Assembly: GCA_964593885.1 (NCBI GenBank)
Contig: CAZQKK010000001.1
Coordinates: 105,929 to 169,928 of the forward strand
DNA length: 64,000 nt
Source: an uncultured Candidatus Saccharibacteria bacterium
GTDB taxonomy: Bacteria > Patescibacteriota > UBA1384 > CAILIB01
Direction of reading: 5' to 3'
Both the position numbers and the translations under genes were made by a program. This document shows, in pieces, positions 47,843-55,792 of the stretch. The notes below the pieces were generated by a model. It ran no database searches. It was not told the origin of the DNA and worked only from the letters and a program-made list of their open reading frames with translations. Position 1 is the stretch's first letter. The number at the start of each line of letters is the position of its first letter.

Positions 47843-48472
47843 ATGACTCACTTCATCCTCTCAGGCGGATTCCCCTGGACGGCACCAGAAAACGGTAAGG
47901 ATCTCTGTGAAACCATGTACTCGCTCCTCCCCGCTGGTACCGCCAAGGTAAAGCTCCTCATCTGTCTCTTCGCCCAACCACCAGCTGAGTGGACCGAAAA
48001 GGTACAGGCACCCCTGGCAATGCTACGCCAGCACATCCCTGAAAACCTCAACGTTGAGTTCAGCATCGCCGATCCCTACATTTTCCTAGAGCAAATTGGT
48101 GAGGCAGACATTATCTACATCAACGGGGGCTTCACCCCGCTCCTCCTGAAAGCCCTCGCCTCATACTCCCTCTCACCAAAGGCGTGGCGCGAAGTGTTTG
48201 AAGACAAAATTGTAGTTGGATCTTCAGCGGGAGTCAGCGCCCTCACCCTCTTCAGTATCAATGTAGATAGCGAGGTTCCCCAGGAAGGCCTCGGGGTGCT
48301 TGAAATTGCAACTCTGGTGCACTACAAATCAGCGTCATACGTAACTGGAGAGAACCTACCAGTAGATTGGGACCGCGTTACCACCGCCTTCATCTCTGGG
48401 TGCGAAGAACGCGGAATACCCGAAAATAATCAGCTCTACATCCCCGAAGCTGACTTTGTCGTCTACTCGTAG
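47843..48472 (+). CDS. Peptidase S51 (dipeptidase E/cyanophycinase-like) family protein
   Basis: IYINGGFTP and VVGSSAGVSAL (GxSAG nucleophile elbow) motifs. Confidence 0.5.
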   Translation: MTHFILSGGFPWTAPENGKDLCETMYSLLPAGTAKVKLLICLFAQPPAEWTEKVQAPLAMLRQHIPENLNVEFSIADPYIFLEQIGEADIIYINGGFTPLLLKALASYSLSPKAWREVFEDKIVVGSSAGVSALTLFSINVDSEVPQEGLGVLEIATLVHYKSASYVTGENLPVDWDRVTTAFISGCEERGIPENNQLYIPEADFVVYS

Positions 48473-48481
48473 AAAGGCTCT

Positions 48482-49369
48482 CTAGCCGCGGGTGTGCTTG
48501 CGGTGGGTGAGCAGCTGGCGCATCAGGAGCACAAACCTCTCTGGAAAAGCTTTCACCGGTGCCGCAGCGGTACTGGCGGCCGTGTCTTGGTGCACCTGTA
48601 CCCACCAGCAGCCGTGGTGACTTGGAGCACCTGCCATGCCGGTGTGGAAGGTGATTACAAACTTCTCACTTGGGAACTCCTCAGAGAGCACTCCCATGAG
48701 GAGGCTCATGGTGTAGGCAAGCTCTTCTCGCTCAGCCCTGCTCAACTGGTCAATGCTGGTTGCATGGCTAACGGGAAGGTACCACACCTCGTGTGGATTG
48801 AGAGGAGCCGATGGAACGTAGAGGAAACCGTGTTCACCTGCGTGCACCTGGAAGAGCCTCTCACCTTTCTGTAGCTTGTGGAGCAGTTCTTCGGTGAGGT
48901 GGTGCTCAGTCCCTGCAACTGGGTGGCTGGTTGCCACAAGGTCTCCCACACGTTGGAGCTCTGCACCCAGAGTCCCAAGGGCACTGGTGTGAAGCTTGAG
49001 GGTCACGAAGTGGAGGTGTGGGTTTGCATGGAGCTGCTTAAACCTCTCGTGGAAGAGGGTAAGCCAGTGCTCCCAGGTTGCGGGTGTCCAATGGGCAAAA
49101 CCTTGTTCGCCCTGGTAGCAGAGGAGCTCGTACTCACCCACCGGAGCTTCGGCAGAGTAGAGAAGATCGCCATCGTGGCTCTTGTGTTTTGCGGGTGGAT
49201 CCAGCAAGAAAGGACTACGAGGGTGGGGTAGCGCAAAGAAGTCTGGGTGGTGCACCTTGCCGTGATCTAGGCGAGAAGCCGCAGAAACCACCAGCTGGCT
49301 TGGCAGCTGTTCGCCCAGGAGAACCCACTGCTTAAAGACAGGATTGAAACGGAAGGTGTACATGTACAA
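48482..49369 (-). CDS. Galactose-1-phosphate uridylyltransferase-like (HIT-superfamily) protein
   Basis: C-terminal APSHHGCWWVQVH resembles the GalT HPHGQ active-site region. Tentative. Confidence 0.4.
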   Translation of the reverse strand: MYMYTFRFNPVFKQWVLLGEQLPSQLVVSAASRLDHGKVHHPDFFALPHPRSPFLLDPPAKHKSHDGDLLYSAEAPVGEYELLCYQGEQGFAHWTPATWEHWLTLFHERFKQLHANPHLHFVTLKLHTSALGTLGAELQRVGDLVATSHPVAGTEHHLTEELLHKLQKGERLFQVHAGEHGFLYVPSAPLNPHEVWYLPVSHATSIDQLSRAEREELAYTMSLLMGVLSEEFPSEKFVITFHTGMAGAPSHHGCWWVQVHQDTAASTAAAPVKAFPERFVLLMRQLLTHRKHTRG

Positions 49370-49468
49370 CCATGATACGGCACGACAGGAGTAATCAGCA
49401 AGCTGGAGATTGCAGGAGTAAACCAGGTTTGCTATACTGCTGCCAACTACTCACTAAGAAACCACTGC

Positions 49469-49813
49469 ATGCCAGTAACAAAGTCTGCCAAAAAGGCACA
49501 GCGCGTTGGGGCGCGTCGCAAAGCTGAAAACCTCATCACTAAGGACCTGTACAAGCAGGCCGTTAAGTTGGTGAAGAAGGCAGTTGTTGAAGGCGCAGGC
49601 GAGGTTTCAGAGCTCCTGAGCAAGGCTCAGAGCACCCTGGACAAGGCTTCAAAGAGCAAGACCATCCACAGGAACAAGGCGTCACGCCTCAAGTCACGCC
49701 TCGCCAAGAAAGCTGCTGCCCCTGCAGCCGCTGCTACTCCTAAGAAGGCTGCTACCAAGAAAGCTGCCCCAAAGGCAGCTGCAAAGAAGAAAACTACCAC
49801 CAAGAAGAAGTAG
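49469..49813 (+). CDS. rpsT: Ribosomal protein S20 with Lys/Ala-rich C-terminal extension
   Basis: MPVTKSAKKAQRVGARRKAENL... matches the S20 N-terminus. Has a KKAAxK tail. Confidence 0.8.
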   Translation: MPVTKSAKKAQRVGARRKAENLITKDLYKQAVKLVKKAVVEGAGEVSELLSKAQSTLDKASKSKTIHRNKASRLKSRLAKKAAAPAAAATPKKAATKKAAPKAAAKKKTTTKKK

Positions 49814-49874
49814 TTTCTCCCAAGCAACAAGAGGCCCTCGCCAAAGCGGGGGTCTTTTTGTATGATGATGTCAT

Positions 49875-50510
49875 ATGCAACGCGAGAGAATCACGATTAC
49901 CCTAGACAAGGACCTCCTCCCTGCCCTCGACCAGTTGGTGGACGGAGGCCTCGTGCGTAACAGGTCTCATGCCATTGAGTACGCGCTGCGAAGTGGCCTC
50001 CAAGTTGCCGAGCTCACCACCGTATTTATCATACTAGGTAATACAATTTCGCCTTCGCCCGACATTCTCAAGCGTCTGGCATCGTTTCCCATCAGACACC
50101 TCTACCTCGTTGCTCCCTCAGCAAAGCTTGATGAGGTGCAGCTGGTGGCAACCATGTGCTCAGAAGCTCTCCCTGGAGCCAACGTAGAGCTGGTTCCCGG
50201 AGACTTTGGCGATGCTGCCGCTGTTCTCCTCAAGCAGAAGGAGCTATCTCCCTCAATCCTGATTATCGACCTCGATGTCCTTGAGGATACCCCCGAAAAC
50301 CTGATGCCAGCCTACGCCTTCCACCGCCAGCAGCTTGCCACCGCCACCCAGCTGGTGAGAGCCACCGATCAGGGCTACACCCCCAGTGGCGTAGCCTTCG
50401 CCCAGAGTAACCTCACCGCAGATATCCCCGCTGGTCTTGCCACTCTCCGAGAAAATGTCTTTCCTACCCTGGTAAAAGGGGGTAAAGTGAGGGCATATGT
50501 CTACGCCTAA
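49875..50510 (+). CDS. Ribbon-helix-helix (CopG-like) DNA-binding domain fused to a degenerate nucleotidyltransferase-like domain
   Basis: N-terminus ERITITLDKDLLPALDQLVDGGLVRNRSHAIEYAL is RHH-like. The C-terminal 160 aa loosely parallels the manC N-terminal NTP-transferase fold but lacks GGxGxRL. Overlaps the manC start by 14 bp. Confidence 0.45.
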   Translation: MQRERITITLDKDLLPALDQLVDGGLVRNRSHAIEYALRSGLQVAELTTVFIILGNTISPSPDILKRLASFPIRHLYLVAPSAKLDEVQLVATMCSEALPGANVELVPGDFGDAAAVLLKQKELSPSILIIDLDVLEDTPENLMPAYAFHRQQLATATQLVRATDQGYTPSGVAFAQSNLTADIPAGLATLRENVFPTLVKGGKVRAYVYA

Positions 50511-51591
50511 CCACACCTACGCGCTCGTCATGGCTGGCGGCGCGGGCTCAAGGCTTTGGCCAATGAGCAGAAACAGCCTCCCAAAGCAGTTCCAGTACAT
50601 TCTGGGCGAAGAAACCCCTTTCCAGCACATGGTGAAGCTGCTGCTGCAGGTCATCCCGCTTGAGCAAATCATGGTGATGGCAGTCCCGGAGTTCAGGCAC
50701 CTCATCTTGGAGCAGGTTCCTGGATTTCCTGAGGCAAACATCCTCTTTGAGCCTGCCAGGCGCGATACCGGTCCCGCCATTCTCCTTGGGATGCTCCAAA
50801 TCCAGGAGCGAGACCCAGAGGCCCTGGTTGCCACCGTCTGGTCTGACCACCTAGTCCTGGACGAGGAAATGTTTGCCAGCGTTCTGAAAGCTGGCTTTGC
50901 AACCGCCGCTGCTAACCCTCACCAGTACGTTACCGTTGGGGCAAACCCTACCAAGGCGGATACCAGCCTCGGGTACATCCAGATGGGAAACTCGCAGGCT
51001 GAGTACGAAGGCATTGAGGTACGAAAGGTGAAACGCTTCGTGGAGAAGCCTGACCAGGAAACCGCCAACCACTTCTTCCAATCCACCAGCTACCTCTGGA
51101 ATGTTGGCTACAACGTTACCTTCGCCAAAAGCTTCATTGAGAGTTTTGTTGAAAAAAACCAAGACCTTGCCGAAACGGTTTCAGAGCTCACCTCGCTCAT
51201 CCACACTGGTGACACAGCTGGCACCACCACTACCTACGAGAGCCTCCCCAAGAAGTCCATTGACTACCTCTTGGTAGAGAAGCTCACGGATATTGCCGTG
51301 GTTCCCGCCGATATGGGCTGGAGCGATATCGGCACCTGGAATACCCTCCACCAGATGATGGTAAACAAGCTTGGAAAGGATGTCATCACCCAGGGACCAG
51401 TGACTACCACCAACTCAAGCCAGAGCCTCGTCTTTGCCAAGGACAAGCCTATTGTTCTGGTAGGGATGCAAGATGTGATTGTGGTTGATACGGGAGACGC
51501 CATCCTCGTGATGGATAGCAACGCCCCCGCCAGCCAGCTCAAGAGCATCGTCCAGGAACAACTCTCACAGACTAACCCCGAACTCCTATGA
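50497..51591 (+). CDS. manC: Mannose-1-phosphate guanylyltransferase
   Basis: YALVMAGGAGSRLWP nucleotidyltransferase motif. 364 aa. Confidence 0.8.
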   Translation: MSTPNHTYALVMAGGAGSRLWPMSRNSLPKQFQYILGEETPFQHMVKLLLQVIPLEQIMVMAVPEFRHLILEQVPGFPEANILFEPARRDTGPAILLGMLQIQERDPEALVATVWSDHLVLDEEMFASVLKAGFATAAANPHQYVTVGANPTKADTSLGYIQMGNSQAEYEGIEVRKVKRFVEKPDQETANHFFQSTSYLWNVGYNVTFAKSFIESFVEKNQDLAETVSELTSLIHTGDTAGTTTTYESLPKKSIDYLLVEKLTDIAVVPADMGWSDIGTWNTLHQMMVNKLGKDVITQGPVTTTNSSQSLVFAKDKPIVLVGMQDVIVVDTGDAILVMDSNAPASQLKSIVQEQLSQTNPELL

Positions 51592-52967
51592 TCTTCGACC
51601 AATCCCTCTTCCGCGCCTACGACATGCGCGGCACCTACCCAAACCACATGAACGAGCAAGTAGCCTACGCTGCAGGCCAAGCTTTCGTCAGGGTAATGGG
51701 AGCGAAGAATGTAGTGGTTGGCCGAGACGTCAGGGCAAGTGGGCTCTCCCTCGTTGATTCGCTCACCCGCGGCATTACTGATGCAGGTGCCAACGTCATC
51801 AACGTGGGAGTTATCTCCACCGAGATGCTCTACTTTGCTGCCGCAAACCTAGAGTGTGATGGAGGCATGAGCATCACCGCCTCCCACAACCCTTCCCAGT
51901 GGAACGGCATCAAGTTCATTGGACCAAAAGCTGTTGCCCTCACCAAAGAAGACAAGCTTGGCGAAATCTACGCCCACATTAACTCTGGCGAGAAAATCTC
52001 CGAGTTCACCAAGGGAAATGTAACCGAGCAAGACCTCCTCCCTGACTACACCACATTCCTCAAGCGCTTCGTGGGCGAGCAAGTTCCCCAGATGAAGGTA
52101 GTGGCAAACGTCAACTTTGGCGCCAACGGCAAGATTGTCGATGCAGCTCTCTCAGGTCTCCCAATAGACCTAGTGAGGCTCAACTGGCAGGAAGATGGCA
52201 CCTTCCCTAAAGGTACCCCCGATCCACTCCTCCCATCCAACTACAAAGAGATCACCAGCTTGGTACAATCTGAGAACGCCGCTTTTGGGGTAGCCTGGGA
52301 TGCTGACGCCGACAGGTGCTTCTTCTACGACGAAAAAGGCAGGTTCTTCCACGGCTACTACATCACCGCCATGCTCATTGAGCACTTCCTCAAAGCCGGC
52401 GGCAAGAAGGTAGTCTGCGAGCGAAGGCTCACCTGGGCAAACGTTGATGCTGCCACTAACAACGGCGGCGAAGTTGTCTGGAGCCGCACCGGCCACGGCT
52501 ACATCAAGCACGCTATGAGGACCAATGATGCCATCTTTGGGGGCGAAACTAGCGGCCACTACTACTACAAGGATGCCTTCTTCTGCGACAACGGCATGGT
52601 TACCTTCCTCCTGATCTCAGGTATTTTTGGCAAGCAGCTAGCTGCCGGCAAGAAGGTAAGCGAGCTCCTAGATTACTACCTCGAGCACTACCCAATCAGC
52701 CTTGAAGAGCTCAACTACATCACCGAGGACGCTGCAGCAATCATCAAAGCCGCCTCTGAGAAGTACCCAGATGCTGAGCAGAACCACGAGGATGGACTCT
52801 CAGTTGAGTACGCAACCTGGAGGTTCAACCTGAGGATGTCCAGCAACGAGCCAGTGCTCAGGCTCAACTTTGAAGCTCGCTCACGAGACGAGCTAGAAAC
52901 CCGCAAAACAGAACTTACATCATTCATCCAGAGCTTTGGGGCGAAGCTTCGCAACGACCATGACTAA
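51588..52967 (+). CDS. Phosphomannomutase/phosphoglucomutase
   Basis: Active-site phosphoserine loop TASHNP. Four-domain PGM/PMM length. Start overlaps the manC stop (ATGA). Confidence 0.85.
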   Translation: MIFDQSLFRAYDMRGTYPNHMNEQVAYAAGQAFVRVMGAKNVVVGRDVRASGLSLVDSLTRGITDAGANVINVGVISTEMLYFAAANLECDGGMSITASHNPSQWNGIKFIGPKAVALTKEDKLGEIYAHINSGEKISEFTKGNVTEQDLLPDYTTFLKRFVGEQVPQMKVVANVNFGANGKIVDAALSGLPIDLVRLNWQEDGTFPKGTPDPLLPSNYKEITSLVQSENAAFGVAWDADADRCFFYDEKGRFFHGYYITAMLIEHFLKAGGKKVVCERRLTWANVDAATNNGGEVVWSRTGHGYIKHAMRTNDAIFGGETSGHYYYKDAFFCDNGMVTFLLISGIFGKQLAAGKKVSELLDYYLEHYPISLEELNYITEDAAAIIKAASEKYPDAEQNHEDGLSVEYATWRFNLRMSSNEPVLRLNFEARSRDELETRKTELTSFIQSFGAKLRNDHD

Positions 52968-53859
52968 CGTACTCGGATTTGACGTCGGAGGCACCAAAAC
53001 CGCCTGGGGAGTCTTTTCACCTGAAGGTGAGCTCCTCAAAAAGGGATCTTTCCCTACCCCTCAAGACAGGGAGGAATTTCTCAACGCCCTCGTAGCGGTT
53101 GCAAAGAACCCAGAGGTGAGCTCAGTTGGGATTGGGATTGCTGGAACAACATCAGCCAACCACGAGGATGTGGTAGTTTGCCCAAACATTCCTTCGCTCA
53201 GCCACTACCAGCTAGTCAGTCACCTCAAGGTAGAGCTAGGCAAACCGGTAACTTTGGATAACGACGGAAGGTGTGCCCTCATTGGCGAGGCCTGGCAGGG
53301 TGCTGCCCAAGACACTACCAGCACGGTAATGATTACCATTGGCACAGGAGTTGGCGGTGCGGTGATGCAAAAAGGTGTAGTACTCCCACACCCAACCGAC
53401 ATCAACCTTGAAATCAGCCACCTCATGGTGGATCCCAGCAACCTCCTGGAGACTAGCAGTGGTAGAGGAACGGTTGAAGCACTCCTGGGTGGAAAGAACC
53501 TGGAGGAACGGTTTGGAGTGCCTGTTGGCGAACTAGTTACAGGTGCAAAAGCTGGTGAAGCAGAAGCCGTGGGTGTCTTTGAAACCATCTCCCACTACTT
53601 CCTCCAGAGTATTAGAACCATCCATGCCACCTTTAACTGCCGCCAGATCCTGGTAGGTGGAAAAGGATCCAAAGACCTAGACCTTTACCTGCAGGACACT
53701 CCTCCTTGCCCAGTTCACCCAGCAAAACTCATGGAAGATGCAGGTATCTACGGTGCCGCACGTCTCGCCCTCGACCTCAACGAGGCAATTGAAGAAGAGG
53801 ATGCCGAGTGGGGCGACAATGCAGACGCTGAAGTTGTGGCCGAAGACACCACTGAGTAG
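52936..53859 (+). CDS. ROK-family sugar kinase (glucokinase/N-acetylhexosamine kinase-like)
   Basis: LGFDVGGTKTAWGVF N-terminal ATPase motif and ROK-like LDNDGRCALIGE. Confidence 0.7.
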   Translation: MGRSFATTMTNVLGFDVGGTKTAWGVFSPEGELLKKGSFPTPQDREEFLNALVAVAKNPEVSSVGIGIAGTTSANHEDVVVCPNIPSLSHYQLVSHLKVELGKPVTLDNDGRCALIGEAWQGAAQDTTSTVMITIGTGVGGAVMQKGVVLPHPTDINLEISHLMVDPSNLLETSSGRGTVEALLGGKNLEERFGVPVGELVTGAKAGEAEAVGVFETISHYFLQSIRTIHATFNCRQILVGGKGSKDLDLYLQDTPPCPVHPAKLMEDAGIYGAARLALDLNEAIEEEDAEWGDNADAEVVAEDTTE

Positions 53860-53930
53860 CACCTGGACAGGTTTGCAGGTTTGTGGTAGATTAGTTCAGA
53901 TTTCGAGTGGCCCCACGCGCTGCTCACCAA

Positions 53931-54005
53931 GGCGCTATCGTCTATCGGTTAGGACGCCAGGTTTTCATCCTGGTAAGACGGGTTCGACTCCCGTTGGCGC
54001 TACCA
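53931..54005 (+). tRNA. tRNA-Glu (anticodon TTC), 75 nt with encoded CCA
   Basis: Anticodon stem CCAGG/CCTGG with loop TTTTCAT, T-arm ACGGG-TTCGACT-CCCGT, acceptor with two G-U pairs, discriminator A + CCA. Confidence 0.8.
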
Positions 54006-54007
54006 AA

Positions 54008-54040
54008 GAAAAAAGGTCAACCTCACGGTTGTCCTTTTTT
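54008..54040 (+). terminator. Terminator-like hairpin with T-run after tRNA-Glu
   Basis: AAGGTCAACC-tcac-GGTTGTCC followed by TTTTTTC. Confidence 0.45.
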
Positions 54041-54202
54041 CTTTGCGTTTCTCTAGTGGAAGAGAACCCGGAGGGTTCGCTCGCGCTTCTCGCGTGAGCA
54101 AGCGCAGCGCTGCAGACGAGAAAGCGTCGCCGAAGGCGTAGACCGTTGGCACAAGTACCTAAGGAATCCGATATACTATCCTTGCTATAACCACACACCC
54201 AC

Positions 54203-54592
54203 ATGCACACCGACATCAAAACCTACAACGCTACCCAAACTGGTGTAAACCAAGAGATCTGTAACCTTCTTGCTAGAGAAATTGAGACAGCCCTACCCGA
54301 TGCTGAGAGTAAAGTCTGGCACCGCCATCCGGTCTGGTTTCTCAACGGCAATCCCATTACTGGCTACAGCGTTCTCAAGAACTGCGTGCAACTCCTCTTC
54401 TGGAGCGGACAGTCTTTTGACGAACCAGGCCTAGACCCTGAAGGGAGCTACAAGGCTTCTCAGGCCCGCTACACAGATGTAGACCAGGTAAACACCACGG
54501 ATCTCGCACGGTGGCTTGAAAAGTCTCGCAAGATCCAGTGGGACTACAAGAACATCGTTAAGAAACGAGGAGTACTCGATAGGCTGCCGTAG
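54203..54592 (+). CDS. Hypothetical protein (129 aa), DUF1801-like?
   Basis: ORF with consistent codon usage; weak resemblance only. Confidence 0.35.
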   Translation: MHTDIKTYNATQTGVNQEICNLLAREIETALPDAESKVWHRHPVWFLNGNPITGYSVLKNCVQLLFWSGQSFDEPGLDPEGSYKASQARYTDVDQVNTTDLARWLEKSRKIQWDYKNIVKKRGVLDRLP

Positions 54593-54671
54593 CCAACCTC
54601 GCGCGGATTACGGCATTTCCTGAAGTCCACTTTACTAGCCAAGGCTCCTAAAGCCTGGTAAACCTGGTGGT

Positions 54672-55379
54672 ATGAGTCACGAAGTCACCCTCCACCCCGC
54701 CCAAGCAAGTATCCTCCGCGAGCTCCTCTTCAAGCCCGCTGCCGGCTTTTCAAACCTCCAGAAACCAACTGGACTCTCCAGTGACCACTTCAGCTTTCAC
54801 ATTTCAAGGCTGGTAACCCTTGGCTACGTTGAGAAAGTTGGATCTAAACAGTACACCCTCACTCCCCGCGGCAAGGAGTTCTCAAACAAGCTGGATACCG
54901 ATAGGAACACTGTTGAGAGGCAGCCAAAGGTTGCGGTAATCCTAGCGGTCCATCGCCCAACAGCAGAAGGCAAAGCTTACGTATTCCAAGAAAGGCTGAA
55001 GCACCCCTACTACGGCTACTGGGGCTTCCCAACCGGCAAGGTGAGATGGGGCGAAACCATTCTCCAAACCGCTGCACGTGAATTGAAGGAAGAAACCGGT
55101 CTAGAAGCAGACCTAGAGTTCAAGGGAATCTACCACGAACACTCGTACCAGGAAGAAACCGGTGAGCTCTTAGAGGACAAAATTTTCTTTGTTGTCGAAG
55201 GAACCAACCCAAGCGGTACTTTCATCAAGAAGTTTGAAGGTGGAAGGAATGCGTGGTTGAAACTTACCGACATGGAAGATAAAAAGGTGTTTGGCAGCTA
55301 CCAGACAGAACTTGAGGTAGCGTCAGAAGGCATCGACCTACGCGAGGAAATCCATAGCTACAAGAAAACCGAATTCTAG
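54672..55379 (+). CDS. Winged-HTH + Nudix hydrolase fusion protein (NrtR-like architecture, reversed domain order)
   Basis: N-terminal ArsR-like wHTH (ILRELLFKPAAGFSNLQKPTGLSSDHFSFHISRLVTLGYVEKV). Nudix box GKVRWGETILQTAARELKEETGL. Confidence 0.65.
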   Translation: MSHEVTLHPAQASILRELLFKPAAGFSNLQKPTGLSSDHFSFHISRLVTLGYVEKVGSKQYTLTPRGKEFSNKLDTDRNTVERQPKVAVILAVHRPTAEGKAYVFQERLKHPYYGYWGFPTGKVRWGETILQTAARELKEETGLEADLEFKGIYHEHSYQEETGELLEDKIFFVVEGTNPSGTFIKKFEGGRNAWLKLTDMEDKKVFGSYQTELEVASEGIDLREEIHSYKKTEF

Positions 55380-55381
55380 GT

Positions 55382-55792
55382 ATGCCTCTCAAGACGGTTA
55401 TCTCGGGGAGCTTCCACCGTCACCCTGAAAAACTCTGGAGCATCTACCAAGAGCTCACCCTTGCCGGCTGCCAGGTACTATCACCATTCACACTTTCCTT
55501 CCAATCTCCTGATGATGATTTTGTGGTGGGCAAGGGAGAAAGCTGGCTCACCCCTCTAGAAATAGAGAAGCACCACCTCACCGCCATTTCCCATGCAGAC
55601 TTTGTCTGGCTCCACGTACCAGATGGGTACATTGGCAAGAGCACAGCGCTAGAGATTGGTTACGCGGTAGCAAAGGGTATCCCGCTCTTTTCGCACACAC
55701 TACCCACCGAGGAACCTTTCAGGTCTTTTGTTAGTACGTACACATCAGTATATTGTGCCCTACAAGAGAACAACCTCATCACAAACACCTAG
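55382..55792 (+). CDS. Nucleoside 2-deoxyribosyltransferase-like protein
   Basis: FVWLHVPDGYIGKSTALEIGYAVAKGIPLF resembles the NDT-family C-terminal catalytic Glu region. Start 2 bp after the Nudix gene stop. Confidence 0.5.
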   Translation: MPLKTVISGSFHRHPEKLWSIYQELTLAGCQVLSPFTLSFQSPDDDFVVGKGESWLTPLEIEKHHLTAISHADFVWLHVPDGYIGKSTALEIGYAVAKGIPLFSHTLPTEEPFRSFVSTYTSVYCALQENNLITNT

